Positions 26,991 to 39,233 of a stretch of 64,000 nt of DNA are shown in pieces. The position numbers were made by a program, and so were the translations under genes. Numbering within the stretch: the first letter of the stretch is position 1; every line of letters begins with the position of its first letter. Under the pieces are notes generated by a model. The model searched no databases. It had not been told where the DNA came from and was given only the letters and a program-made list of their open reading frames with translations. Source of the DNA: the human T2T-CHM13v2.0 reference genome, Homo sapiens; NCBI RefSeq assembly GCF_009914755.1, contig NC_060943.1. One strand, given 5' to 3'.

Positions 26991-29793
26991 CCTTTTTTGT
27001 CTTTCAAATAAATTTAAATGAACTATATTGTTTGAAATATATATTCTAGTTTATTTAAATTATTTTTAGAATGGCAAAACATTTATTTTTACTTATTATG
27101 AACAATGTTACTCTCCGCCAGATGAAGGAAAATTATTTTGAGGGTTTTTTTCAAGCTCCAAATTTGCTAAATTGAACACAAGTGGTAAGTAGATTTTTCA
27201 AATAATATTAATAACGCGATCTCCACAGACATGTTGGGGGGAACCGTTTCAGTACCAACTGGACATGCATTCTGTGAGAAGTGGACTTCTTGCAGGCTTT
27301 GAAGGGAAAAGAAATTCCTGTAAAATATTGACGCTTTTGGTCAAAAATGGCGAAACCAGAAAAAAATGACATCTGTGTATATTGTATATAAGATTTCTGA
27401 CTTGTTCTCGATTTTAATGTATCAAAACACTATCAATATTTAATGGAGCTTTCTCTGTGTGTCCAAGAAAGAAAAACAAGATGTCTGAGAAGGGGAAGGG
27501 AGCACCGTTTTCATACCTGGCTTGGCTTAGCTGCACGAGAGAAGAAAAGGCCGTGGCTGAATCCATCTCCAGGAGCAGCTGTCCCCCTGCACCGTTTGAA
27601 TTGCGAGGAAAGAGTTACAGTTTTAGAAAAGAATACCTGGTATTTAAGAATTCGAATTTCTCGCTGCAGAACTAGATCTCACTTCTACAACAAGGACCCT
27701 CTGCTTAGTACTTGGACTCCCCCCCAAAAAAACAAAATGAATATTTATTAACGTTAGAAGAACCTGGCGCAGGTCGGTCCGTGCATCCGAATCTGCCAAA
27801 ACGCTTCCAAATCTCTTCCCTGGCATTTAAAAGAAATCTATTTTTATACATTCTCATGAATTTGGGTTTTACTACCAGTAAGGTAATTTCTGATTAGGCA
27901 TCTTGGGTTTTTCTCTCTCTTTTTTTTTTCTTTTTTCCTAAAGAATCCCTGCAAATACACCCGAGGTGCTTGAGTTAACCCCACACCTGGATGGAGAGAA
28001 ACTACAGGTGTGAACGGCAAGGCTAATAGACTTGAGTTTTGCCACGCATTTATTCTTGTTTTTTTTTTTTTTTTTTACCATTCTAGCAGTTACTTTAAAC
28101 TGGAAAACATTATTCCAACAATCCAAACAAGGCTCTTTAAGGCTGCTATGCCCAAGCTGCTACAGATACAAAATTATCAAGTAGACATGTGAAACCCCCT
28201 AAATGCGGAACAATCTGGGTTGGCTTCTAATTGCTATGTTTCAATTTCTAATGGGGAAAATGTGTAAAACAAATAACTGGGTATTGGGAGCTCTGAGCAC
28301 TAAAAGCAGAACATTCTTGTATTTCAGTAAATCATATAACTCTACAGATGGGTTTGGAAAGCCTGAAGCTCCAGCCACCTTTTAGACTATTTGGATCCAG
28401 CGTTTGCTTCGAATTCCGGGCAATACGCTTAAAACAAATTACCTGTTTGTCTTGGATGGCCTTTGCAATGAGAACCCTAGGCCTGCAAGACCTCTGAGAT
28501 TCATTGACCTCACCAGCCCACCCACAAAGAAAGATACGTGGATACTCCCTGTATTGCCCAGTCCTGGCTACAATGGCAGGGAGGAGCAGGCAAACAGCCT
28601 CCCCGTCAAAGATGTTACAATCTGGTCAATGTACACTGGGGTAGGACACGTGGGGAGTCAAATATACATCAATTTCTGGCAACACACGGCAAGAAAACAC
28701 AGATGCCCAAAAGGACATCAACTCAAGGTTAATTCTTAGCTCTCACAGAACGGGGGAACTTGGGCATAGTTAAGCAGCAAAAGCTTTGGGGGAGGAGGTA
28801 GCAGAGAATGTGTAGGGCAGAGATGTGTATATATGTGAGCCTCCAAGGATGCACTAACTGTGCCTGTTCTTCCTCCCTTGGTTACTACCCTTCCTGCTCT
28901 TCTGGTAGGGTTCAGCCAGGCACAGACAAGAGTGGGCAAAGGAGCACCCAGCCTTGCTGTGCTCACCCACGCATATATCCTGCCTGGCCTGGGCAGTCAC
29001 CTGAGTTTGTAGCCCTTGGAGATGCACTTGTCACCCTCTATTCTGACACCTTTATAGGAACAAGCCTTTAGTCTCAACAATGAGAAAAAAAATAAAATGC
29101 CCTTCCTCCAAGAGCTTCAACTAAGAATCATTTCATTCATCCTAGGCATTCTGGTAATGTCCTTTTTCCAGTTCCTTGTTCTAAGAAATGCTGCATTGTA
29201 GGCATATTTAAGGAATCTACCCTTCTCCCACCCTAACCTCCTAAGCCAGAGGGGCTTTTTGTTCCCTTATCCTGTGTATCCCCTCAAAACTCACTCAAAA
29301 TCTTCTTGTGTGGTCAGAATGGGGATCCTTTTGAGCTTGTTATGAGACAGGCTCTGTCCTCACTGGGGTCTCAAATGCTAAATTAATTTTTATGTCTCTT
29401 TAGACACAATGAACAAAAACCAGAGCTTTTGAATACAGATTTCCAGTAAAACCAAACCCAGCTTGGGTCAGATGCACCTTTCCAGCAACCACCATCTCAG
29501 CAACAACCTGCCAGCTGTCAACTGGAAGTTCAGCTTCTGGGAACTTCAGCCCCCTTCTCAGAGGAGCAAGGTCCTAGCACCAACAGCACCTGCAGTGGAG
29601 CCCAAGTATGGCTGCTTCATGGAGAAGGCAGGTAAAGAGGGGTGTGCACACTGTCTCAGGGTGGCAACTCTTATTGATAACGAAGGCATTGTGGCCTTCT
29701 GATGGGTACTGCTGCCCACTGACAGGTACGTGACAGTACCTCCAGCTCAGGTCAGGGTTAGGTCTCAGAGACCCTTAAGAAAATGGTATTCCA

Positions 29794-30086
29794 GGCCAGG
29801 CGTGGTGGCTCACGCCTGTAATCCCAGCACTTTGGGAGGCTGAGGGGGCAGATTACTTGAGGTCAGGAGTTAGAGACCAGCCTGGCCAACATGGCAAAAC
29901 CCCGTCTCTACTAAAAATACAAAAATTAGCCGGGCATGGTGGTGGGCGCCTGTAGTCCCAGCTACTCAGGTGGCTGAGGCGGGAGAATCACTTGAACCCA
30001 GGAGGTGGAGGTTGCAGTGAGCCAAGATCATGCCACTGTACTCCAGCCTGGGTGACAGAGTTAGATTCCATCTCAAAAAACAAAAA
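29794..30086 (+). mobile_element. AluS (Sx/Sz-like)
   Basis: Full dimer; degenerate TSD aaaatggtattcca / aaaagtggtgttcca. Confidence 0.94.
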
Positions 30087-30200
30087 GTGGTGTTCCAATC
30101 AAACAATAGATAATTAACACTGTGTTCCAGGGTCAGATCTGGCAGTTGTGTTGGACAGACAACACAGGTAGAGGAGAGAGAAAAGAAAGGAAGAGGTTCA

Positions 30201-30480
30201 GGCCAGGCATGGTGCCTCACGCCTGTAATCCCAGCGCTTTGGGAGGCCGAGGTGGGAGGATGGCTTGAGGCCAAGAGTTCAAGACCAGCCTGGGCAATAT
30301 AGTGAGAACCTGTCTCTCCAAAAAATGAAAATAGCACGGCGTGGTGATGCACGTCTGTAGTCCCAGCTACTTGGGAGGCTGAGGCAGGAGGATTGCTTGA
30401 GCCCAGAAGGTTGAGGCTGCAGGGAGATTTGATTGTGTGCCACTGTACTCCAACCTGGATGACAGAGGGAGACCCTGTAG
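30201..30480 (+). mobile_element. AluJ
   Basis: J-diagnostic motifs; its TSD aagaggttca reappears at 31081-31090, beyond the next Alu. Confidence 0.92.
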
Positions 30481-30725
30481 AAAGAAAGAAAAAAGGAAAG
30501 GGAGCGGGAGAGAGGAGAGAAAGAGAGAGAGAGGGAGGAAAGAAAAGGAAAGGAAAGGAAAGGAAGGGAAGGGAAGGGAGAAAGAAGAAAGAAGAAGAGA
30601 AAGAGAGAAAGAGAAAGAGAGGAAAGAAGGAAGGAAGAAAAGAAGGAAGGAGGGAGGGAGGGATGGAGGGAGGGACGGAAGGGAGAGAGGGAGGGAAGGA
30701 AGGAAGGAAGGGGGGAGGGAGGGAG
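30480..30725. repeat. Purine-rich (GGAA/GAAA/GGGA) tract derived from the Alu tail
   Basis: Directly visible. Confidence 0.92.
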
Positions 30726-31030
30726 GGCACGGTGGCTCACACCTGTAATCCCAGCATTTTGGGAGGCCAAGGCAGGCAGATCACGAGGTCAAGAGATCAA
30801 GACCATCCTAGCCAACATGGTGAAACCCCGTCTCTACTAAAAATACAAAAAATTAGCTGGGCATGGTGGTGGGTGCCTGTAGTCCCAGCTACTTGGGAGG
30901 TTGAATCGCTTGAGCCCAGGAGGTTGAGGCTGCAGGAGACTCGTTTGAACCCAGGAGGCGGAGGTTACAGTGAGCCGCGATCATGCCACTGCACTCCAGA
31001 CTGGCGACAGAGCGAGGCTCTGTCTCAAAG
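30726..31030 (+). mobile_element. AluSc-like, inserted in the AluJ tail
   Basis: Sc-type gaggtcaagagatcaagaccatcctagcc; carries a 27-nt extra segment at 30905-30931. Confidence 0.9.
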
Positions 31031-31719
31031 AGAGACAGAGAGAGAAGAAATGAAAAGAAAAAAAAAAAGAAAAGGAAAGAAAGAGGTTCAACAGGCAGAG
31101 TATCCTTAAAAAACTCACCCAGCCCCTCCTTCATTTAGATAAGAAAATGGCTGAGAAGTGGCAGAGTCAAAGTTCCGATGCAGGCCCATGGGCCCTCTTG
31201 GTTCACCTCCTCCAGCCCAGGCTTCTAAAACTACTTCCCATACCTGCTGTATTGCAGCAACCATGCTAATTTAGCAACTTCCCATCCCAGATGCATAAAG
31301 AAGATGGAACCAATTCACCATGAATCTATCCACCCAGGCATTTAGACACAAAGATGAAAATAACAACAGGCCCTGTCCTCGAGAAACTCCTCGTCCAACA
31401 GGGGAAGGGGGAGAGTGCCAGCAAACAGGGCCGTTGAGCTCTGTCCCAGCAGTGGGGACAGGCTTGCATAGAACCACCCTCACTCCTGCAGCAACTTCCC
31501 TCATGCCAGACAAGAATAGAGTGAAAGGAGACCCCCACCTTAGCTTTCTTGGCCTGGGGCTCCATCCTGCTGTGCCTAGCAAGAACACAACACACAGACA
31601 CACACCAATAGATACATGTATCTTACCACTACTGGGGGAGAAAGAAAAGAAAAAATAAATCACTGGGAACCGCAGCAGGGTGAGAACCCAGACCTCAGCA
31701 AGTCCCAATTTCAGAGGTG

Positions 31720-32244
31720 ACAGCATCTTTAAATGCCGCAGGAGTGCGCTCCTAGCTGAGGCAGGTGTGTGGATTCAACAGTCGACCCCAGCTGTCGCAG
31801 AGCGCGAGGAAGCTGCGCAGTAAACCCCTTACATATCAACCTCTGAGGACCGGTTTTTCTGCACCTGGTGGTCCTTCTAGACGTCTAGGAGGATCGTGTT
31901 CTCAGGAGAGGGTTCTTCAGCATCTGTGCTGAAGAACACTGCCCCAGCGGGTCACATGCAAGATTCCACCTTCGAGCAACATAGCTGACACTCTGCAGCC
32001 CAGTTGTCACTTGTAACAAACCCCAGTGGGTCACATAGTGAGGGGAGGCAAGGCAGCGTAAGGCAGTGGCTGAACTATCCCAGAAAACAAGGATCACAGG
32101 CCCCCAGTGACACCAATGTTGCAGAAACACCTGCAGTGGCAAGTCAGATGTCCTCCAGGACCAGGCAGATAACAAGGAGTAGGGGTCTGCAGAGGCCTCG
32201 GGAGGGTCTGCACCATCCAAAGAAATCAATTGTTCTGCACAGTG
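31720..32244 (+). promoter_or_regulatory. Candidate promoter / first exon of a non-coding transcript
   Basis: TTTAAA at 31728; 10 CpG in 31730-31900; clustered palindromes; donor GTG|GTAAGG at 32244/32245. Confidence 0.4.
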
Positions 32245-34607
32245 GTAAGGATCCAGTGTTCCCAGCACTTCCAAACATTTGAATGAAGCCAGAATTCCAG
32301 ATAATTATGTGAAATCCCCAATTACTAAATATTGGCAACAAATTCATATTTCTTTCAAATAATCTGTGAACCAAGCAAAATACATCTGTGGGTAGATTGG
32401 GATCCCAGATATGCACTGTGTGACCGACCCTAGTAAAAGCCCTCCCTCCAAGGACCCTGGACACTCACACAAACCATTTAATTCCTCTCCTTCCTCCCAA
32501 GCCAAGCATCACAGCATTCAACAGGTAGGACTAGCAAGCTCAGGCCAAGGTCACAGTGTCCCGAGCAGGGTGGGCTAGGGGACCTTTTGCACGATGTTTT
32601 CCTTTGGGCTGTGGGACCACGTCATCTGGCCAGAGAGCAAAGGCTTTCCTAGTAGAAGTTACCCTCTGAGCTTGTGACATCGAGGGCCCTGCCTCTGGGC
32701 AGATCCCCCAAGCATCCGTGCAGGGCTGCCTGAGAAGCTGGACCAGCTCTGACACAGCCAGTGGGATGTTCCACAGCCTCCCAGGGCAGAAGGGCTTGTG
32801 GGAGATTCGCTTAAACGTGACCGATTTCCTCTCGCTGGTTATCTGTGGAAGGTGGAAGAATTACCCCCTGGTCATTAGGGAATCACCCTTTCACAGCAGC
32901 AGAGCGTGTGTGACCTGGATGATTTAAATTTTAGTTTTTGTCAGCATGTGCTTTCATCAGATTGTTCTTTTTATATATTTCATACATATTATATATTTAT
33001 AAATAGATACTAAATAGACATAGATATAGATATATTTAGGTATGTGCATTTATTTTTATATTGTATTTTTTTATCTCATAGTTCCTTGCTAATGCATATA
33101 GACTGAGTCCAATACGATAGTTAAAATGTCACATTCCTCCAAATGGATTTCCAGATATTGAAATGTGATCACTGAGGCTCAGTGGGAATCCCTTTGCTCT
33201 CAAACTCCCCGATGCAATGCCTTCTGATTTCAACAGAAAAGCAAGAGGCTCCAGGCACCCCATTCAGGGACTGCCACCAAAGTACCCGCAAATCCTTCAT
33301 GAAAGGGGAGACATTGACACATTCTTTTTTTATTCTCTGGTAGGTATCTGTTTGCGTGCAAATCCGTGAGTGCTTGCATCTCGTGTATTTGAAAATCCTG
33401 TTTAAGAATGCAGAGGTCCATATAGTGTCATTAAAACAAATGAGTATAACCCTTTGGTCATCTAGGTGAAAGCATTTTGTTAGGTTTTTTTTTTTTCAAA
33501 TTGCTATTGCTATATATAAATGTAACGTATAGCAATAACCGTAGAAAGATACTGTGCCCTTGTGTATGGATAATTAAAATAGGAACATCTCTGGACTAAA
33601 TTAAAATGTGTAAAAACCAAATCCTTATAGCATCCATGAAATTACAGAAGCTACAAGTGAATCACTAGCCCAGGGACGAAGCATTTCTCTCATTACTTCA
33701 TGAACCTCTTCCATGATCACAGTTTTACATTTTCACAAATCTACATGGTTCTTTTTATGTCACTAAATATCTCAGCTCACTTTTACTGCCCTCCTTATAG
33801 ACATGCGAGTTGGTAACAGCACGCAAACAGTCTCCAATCATTTAAGAGAAACCAACACTTTCAGTGCTTTTGATGACACTTATTACTACAAATTATGAAC
33901 TAAAAAACTGAGCAGGATATAAGGAGATAAATTACATCTTTAGAACATAAAGGGGGAAAAATGCATATTTTTCAGTACCAGAAAATCAAAACCCATGGGT
34001 CCTAATCTATGAATTAAGAAGACCTGAATACCTGAGAACGTGTACACAGATTTTTGCCCTAACCCATGACCTGCTTAACTGTGTAACTCCCCTCAACAGA
34101 AAGATCCTGATTTGCCCTTTTCTCCTCTGTACTTTGAACATAAGAGGTGTTATTACCCATAACTTTTTATTTAAAGGAATTGTGCAGCTGGGAAAATGAA
34201 TGAATTTAATTATCAATGCAGTGTGAAAAAAATCATTAGAGCAAGGGCCTGGAACGCCACATATTAAAAATAAACAAAGGCTATTAAAAAACAGTTCCAA
34301 AAAGGAACGTCAGTTTTTCTTCAATTCTTAAAATGTAAATACCAAAAAGAAAACCATATGTAAACATCTATAGTTACAGAAGAAATTACTCTTTAAGAAA
34401 ATGTTAAATGACTGACTGGATCATTTAACTTTAAATCTATACTTTATGTGGCAGTATAGGAAGGTCATTTGATTGCCATGCATAGAAAAATGAGAATTCT
34501 AATGTGTTCTCAAAGTTTCACCTTCATAAGACAAAATTTTCATTATGAAATTGTATTTAATGGTGAGCACATAGAACTTCTTCCTCAATTGCATGGGATG
34601 ACACTTC

Positions 34608-35248
34608 TGTCAGAGGCGTGTGAACCAGAGCAACTCCATCTTGAATGGGGGCTGGGTAAAATGATGCTGAGACCCACTGGGCTGCATTCCCAGACTGTTA
34701 AGGCATTCTAAGTCACAGGATGAGATAGGAGGCCGACACAAGACATGGGTCGTAAAGACCTTGCTGATAAAAACAGATTGTAGTAAAGAAGACTGCTAAA
34801 ACCCACCAAAACCAAGATGGCCATGACAGTGACCTCTGGTCATCCTGACTGCTACTCTCCCACCAGCGCCATGACAGTTTACAAATGCCGTGGTAATGTC
34901 AGGAAGTTACCCTCTATGGTCTAAAAAGGGAATATATGAATAATCCACACGTTGTTTAGCATATCATCAAGAAATAACCATAAAAATGGGCAACCAGCAG
35001 TGCTTGGGGATGCTCTGTCTATGGAGTAGCAATTCTTTTATTCCTTTACTTTCTTAATAAACTTGCTTTCACTTTACTCGACGGACTGGCCCCAAATTCT
35101 TTCTTGCGCGAGATCCAAGAACCCTCTCTTGGAGTCTGGATGGGGACCCCTTTTCTGTAACATCTTTCCGGCGACCGCAGAAGGGACTACAGTGAGGAAA
35201 TCCCCAACCCAAAGGTTAACTTTGGGTAAGTGTTAGGATCCTGTAACA
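34608..35248 (+). mobile_element. MER41A (ERV1) LTR plus an 86-bp leader extension
   Basis: tgtcagaggcgtgtgaaccagagcaactccatcttgaa...tgtaaca (34608-35162), extended to a second tgtaaca at 35248; 4-bp TSD CTTC at 34604-34607 and 35249-35252. Confidence 0.93.
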
Positions 35249-35646
35249 CTTCCATAACCAAAGGAAGCTTGTCTTTACCTTTCTAAAAGACAGTGGAATT
35301 ATATCTTTTAACTAAATTTTTAAAAACAACTCTAGATTAATATTCCCTCCATGACTGGAGAGTAAAAGCACTGATTTAGCTGAGTATTAGGGAAAAATAC
35401 TAAGCACAGGTGCCCAGGAAAGTCCTTCCTAGTGGACGAAGACTATGGAGAAACATGTGTTCTAGGCATACAGGAATGCTGAACTGCTTATTTGTGGTTC
35501 TGAATTTTCTGCTTGGGACCAAATTTGACCTGTAGCTGCAGACTTCCCATGGGGTATTTACAGCTGGGCCACTTACAAATTGGAATCCAGGGGAGTCCAG
35601 GAAAGATGAATGGCAGCTCAGTTATTTCCAGCTGAAAGTGAATGGG

Positions 35647-35846
35647 GCATCTGAAATTGAATGGGGCCCTGGATCCTGTAAACATATGAGATCTTAGCCT
35701 CTGATAGCCAAGTTTGGAAAATCAATGAAAGCAATAGACTTTCTCCTCTGCCCAATGCACACACAAAATAATAATAATAATAATAATAATGCAATGTTGC
35801 TTACACTTTCAAGAGGTTTATGGACCACCTCAAAGCTCATGCATGC
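35647..35846 (+). repeat. ~190-bp local duplication, copy A, containing (AAT)8
   Basis: Aligns to 36567-36745. Confidence 0.92.
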
Positions 35847-36566
35847 ACCCATTCCCCCAGCCCCAAGAGAAGAGACAGGATGACAGATCCAACCGGAACA
35901 GAGTGTGGCCCCATGGTGGTCTATCTCCAGCTAAACAGAGCAGGAGCAAATCCCACAGGAGCAAACTAAGGGAAGACAAAATAATTCCACCTGGGAGGAG
36001 AAGAGCAGGGGGTCTTTTCTTCCATCAGCTCAAGGAAGACTACTTTCTGACCATAGCCACAAGAGTTAGACACTGAAGAGAGAAAGAGCATGTGGGAGAT
36101 GCCCAGTGCCGCAGAAACGAGACGCTTTCTGGACAGTGAGTCCAGTCTCCACCAAGAGGGAGGAGAGCCCAGGAGCTGCCACATGTCCTCAGCTATAGCC
36201 TCTCCCTCTGGTGTACCAGAGCCTCATGTTGGTGCTGGAAAAGAGAGGTGCAGGCTGAAACCCACATCAAACAATTGTCACTAACCAATATCACGCAGTT
36301 GTTTTTACTTTCACCAAAAGCTTTGGTGTATGTGTGGTTCCTGATTTACTTATTTCCACGTCTCTCCTCTCCCCTGGGTTTCCCAGTGCCTCTCTGGAAG
36401 GTCAGTTTCTAAGACAGAGTCCAGCTGGTTCTTCCCAGCCTCTCTGGGACTGAATCCCTGCCTGGATCTGCCTTCAGGGATCGCCATCAGAATGGCACAC
36501 AGCACTTGCCAGTCCCCTCTCTGAGCCTTAGTGGCCCCATCTCTAAAACCAGAACATTGAACAAAA

Positions 36567-36745
36567 GCATCTGAAGGTGAATGGGGCCCTGGCTCCTGTA
36601 AATATATGAGAGCTTAGCCTCTGATGGCCAAGAGCCTTTTGGAAATTCAATGAAAGTGATGGACTTTCTCCTCACCACAAAAAGATAATAATGCAATGTT
36701 GCTTACAATGTCAATTACATGGGCCACGCCAAAGCTCATGCATGC
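36567..36745 (+). repeat. ~180-bp local duplication, copy B
   Basis: Aligns to 35647-35846. Confidence 0.92.
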
Positions 36746-36769
36746 GCTCCAAGCTAAGAGCCCCTGACC

Positions 36770-36870
36770 TGGCTCAAAACGACCATCCTCACCACCATAA
36801 GTTTCAATATGAGGGAAACTGAGCCCCAGAGAAGAGGATAGAGTGTCCCAAAGCCACACAGAAGGAAAAT
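36770..36870 (-). mobile_element. MIR fragment
   Basis: atgagggaaactgagccccagag...tgtcccaaagccacacag. Confidence 0.55.
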
Positions 36871-38606
36871 GACCAAACTGGAAAGATAACCCATTTCCTA
36901 CCTCCCAGGCAACATCCTTTTCCTGGGCTCTTCTGCCCTCTGCACTCCTTCATTCTCATCAATGCCTTTCTGATTACCCCAGGTGTTGCCACCTTTTTGG
37001 CTCCCCAGGTAGGAATTTGATATCTGGGCCCCACAGGTCACCCCCACTCCAGAGTTCACCTCCCAGCAATGGCAGGGACTTGGGGAAGGAATGATGAAGG
37101 TGAAACATGGGAGCCAGAAGGGGGACTATGGCCAAAATACCACAGCCATCAGGTAAGCACTGGATGACCCTGGCTGAGAAAGGGGACAATGGAGACAGAA
37201 AGGAGCCACCTGTCCCTTCCACGCAGAATAGGTGGCCCTAAGCTGTTGTTTCAAAAAGCACATTTGCTGTCTTCAAAAAAATATATATGTGGAGGAGGAG
37301 GAGGAGGAAGAGGAAAAAAAAAAGATGCTCAGGCTAGATAAATTCAGAATGATTTGAATACATTACTGTAGTTAAGTTTAGTACATAAAGTACTGAGGAT
37401 GGCTCTGCCGTGCATTTCAATGAAGCCCAAAATAATGAGGCACTAGCTGGGCTGTTGCGGCTTCGTCAGAGCGATTCTGCCCTAATAAGTGGGAAGGAGG
37501 TGGCTACGGCTCCCTGCCTATGAATTGTCCTCATGGGATTTGGCCCGGCCTCTGAGGGGAAGGCAAATGGAAGATGAGAGAAGCTGGGCAGTTGGGATGA
37601 GAGACTGAACACCTGGAGAGAAGGGTGAGCCCACGTGGAGCATTTCCAGGCTTGAACCAGCCAAGGAGTCCTTCAAGGCAAAACAAAATCTGTCCCCTTA
37701 GACCTTCCAGGTCTTCCCAAGGGAGGCTGTGGGGGGACGTGGAGTCCAAATACCAGAAGGGCAGCCTCCAACCTGCTTCTCACAGCTCTCTTGTCTCCAC
37801 CTCCTCAGACCCTACACTCCCACCAGAGAAAATGGAAAGACGTAACTTAGAAACCTAGAGGCCCAGAGAGCACCAGTGATTCCCTCCATGATCCATCACA
37901 GGGAGGAGGTTAAGGAGAGGAGGAAGGGAAGAGTGAGAAGAGAAGGAAATGAGGGAGGGAGAAAGAGCAAGGGAAGAGATGAAGGAAGAAAGAGACAAAA
38001 CAAAGTCCCCCATCTGTAGCTGCCTCAGCCCCTGAATGGAGAGAGATGCTATATGTGGCTTTCTCCAGCATTTCCGGGGCCTGAAATGGCTAATCTGTAA
38101 GAGCTAGAGGAGGAGAGACTGACTCCATAACCACTACATGAGTCATGTGTTCCAAACAGCCTAGGAGCCAACATCCAGGTTGTGGGGACAGACGAATGCA
38201 GCTGTGGCTCAGAAAAAGAACACTAGAAAACATGATGGCCCTCTGGGAGGACCCTTTGTAGAGCCTGGTCTTTGACTCCATAATCAGGCATTTGACACTC
38301 AGACGCTGGAGCAGAAAGAGCCATGAAGGCAGCAGACCTGATCGCTAGGCAGTGACAAAAGAGGGTTTCCTTTCCCATCAGTCTCCAGCCAGAGAAGCTG
38401 GGAGTTCTCTCAGGTGAGCCCAGCAGATGTTACGAGCTTGCAAATAAAGGGTGAAAGTGACTAGCCTCCGTCTAAAGGGAAACCCAAGCCTATGGCCAGC
38501 CTCTCACTGAGAAAATATAAATAGTTAAATCCGTAAAATCAGCCTCCTTTTCTGTTCTCTGGATATAACTTGCTCCTGGACGTCTGTGAGTAGTTAGCTG
38601 AAAAGC

Positions 38607-39157
38607 TGTTGGGGTGGACATCTGTTGTTTTTGCCTGCCCAGCCGCTTTTCTCCTTTTACTGGAAATAGCATCCCGATTTTCCTTGAGGAATCACTCCTC
38701 CCCCATGCTCGATCCATGTGGTCTTGGGTGGCGCTGAACCCACCCCCAGCTCCAGGGACAGGCAAGTGACCCAGACCAGGACAATGAGGGCATCATATCC
38801 CACGGGCCACCATGATTGGCTCACGGGTTGGGATAGGAACTAATATGGAACAGCCTGACTCAATAACAGGTCTTTGTGTAAAAAGAGAATCTTTTCACTG
38901 AAGTTCCAGAGAAGATAGATGAATGTCTGGTGCTGCTGACAGCCATCTTGCCACCACAAAGAAAGACTCCAAGCTGCTTGAAAATGGAGTTAAGGCAGAG
39001 AACACCAGAGCAGAAGCCTGCTGACAGCATTCTTGCCCCTGGATCCAGCTATACCTGAAGATCTACCCCCTGGGATTTTTAGTTACAGGAGCCAAGTTCA
39101 TCTGTGGTTTGACAAGCCCATCTGACGTGGGCTTCTTGCAAAAGCCTTAACTAAGAT
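38607..39157 (+). mobile_element. MLT1 (J/K/L-like) MaLR LTR
   Basis: tgttggggtggacatctgttgtttttgcctgcccagc...cagccatcttgccacc...cctggatccagctatacctgaag...ccttaactaagata. Confidence 0.75.
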
Positions 39158-39233
39158 AAACTCACCTATAGAGTCTTTTTTTTTTTTGAGACCTTTGGAG
39201 CCTCTATAAGTGAGTCTATTTTAGTCAAGGCTT
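39142..39233. repeat. 32-bp inverted repeat with a 28-nt spacer
   Basis: Arms at 39142-39173 and 39202-39233, 28/32 complementary. Confidence 0.93.

Noticed and set aside
31320-31658. 112-aa ATG ORF with a CACCATG context
   Set aside because: No homology I recognise, no transcript context, and it lies upstream of the promoter-like element. Ribo-seq or PhyloCSF would be needed.
32004-32282. 92-aa ORF, and assignment of this element to a named human lncRNA
   Set aside because: The ORF has a TTG start and runs through the candidate splice donor. I cannot verify any locus identity without a BLAT search, so no gene symbol is given.
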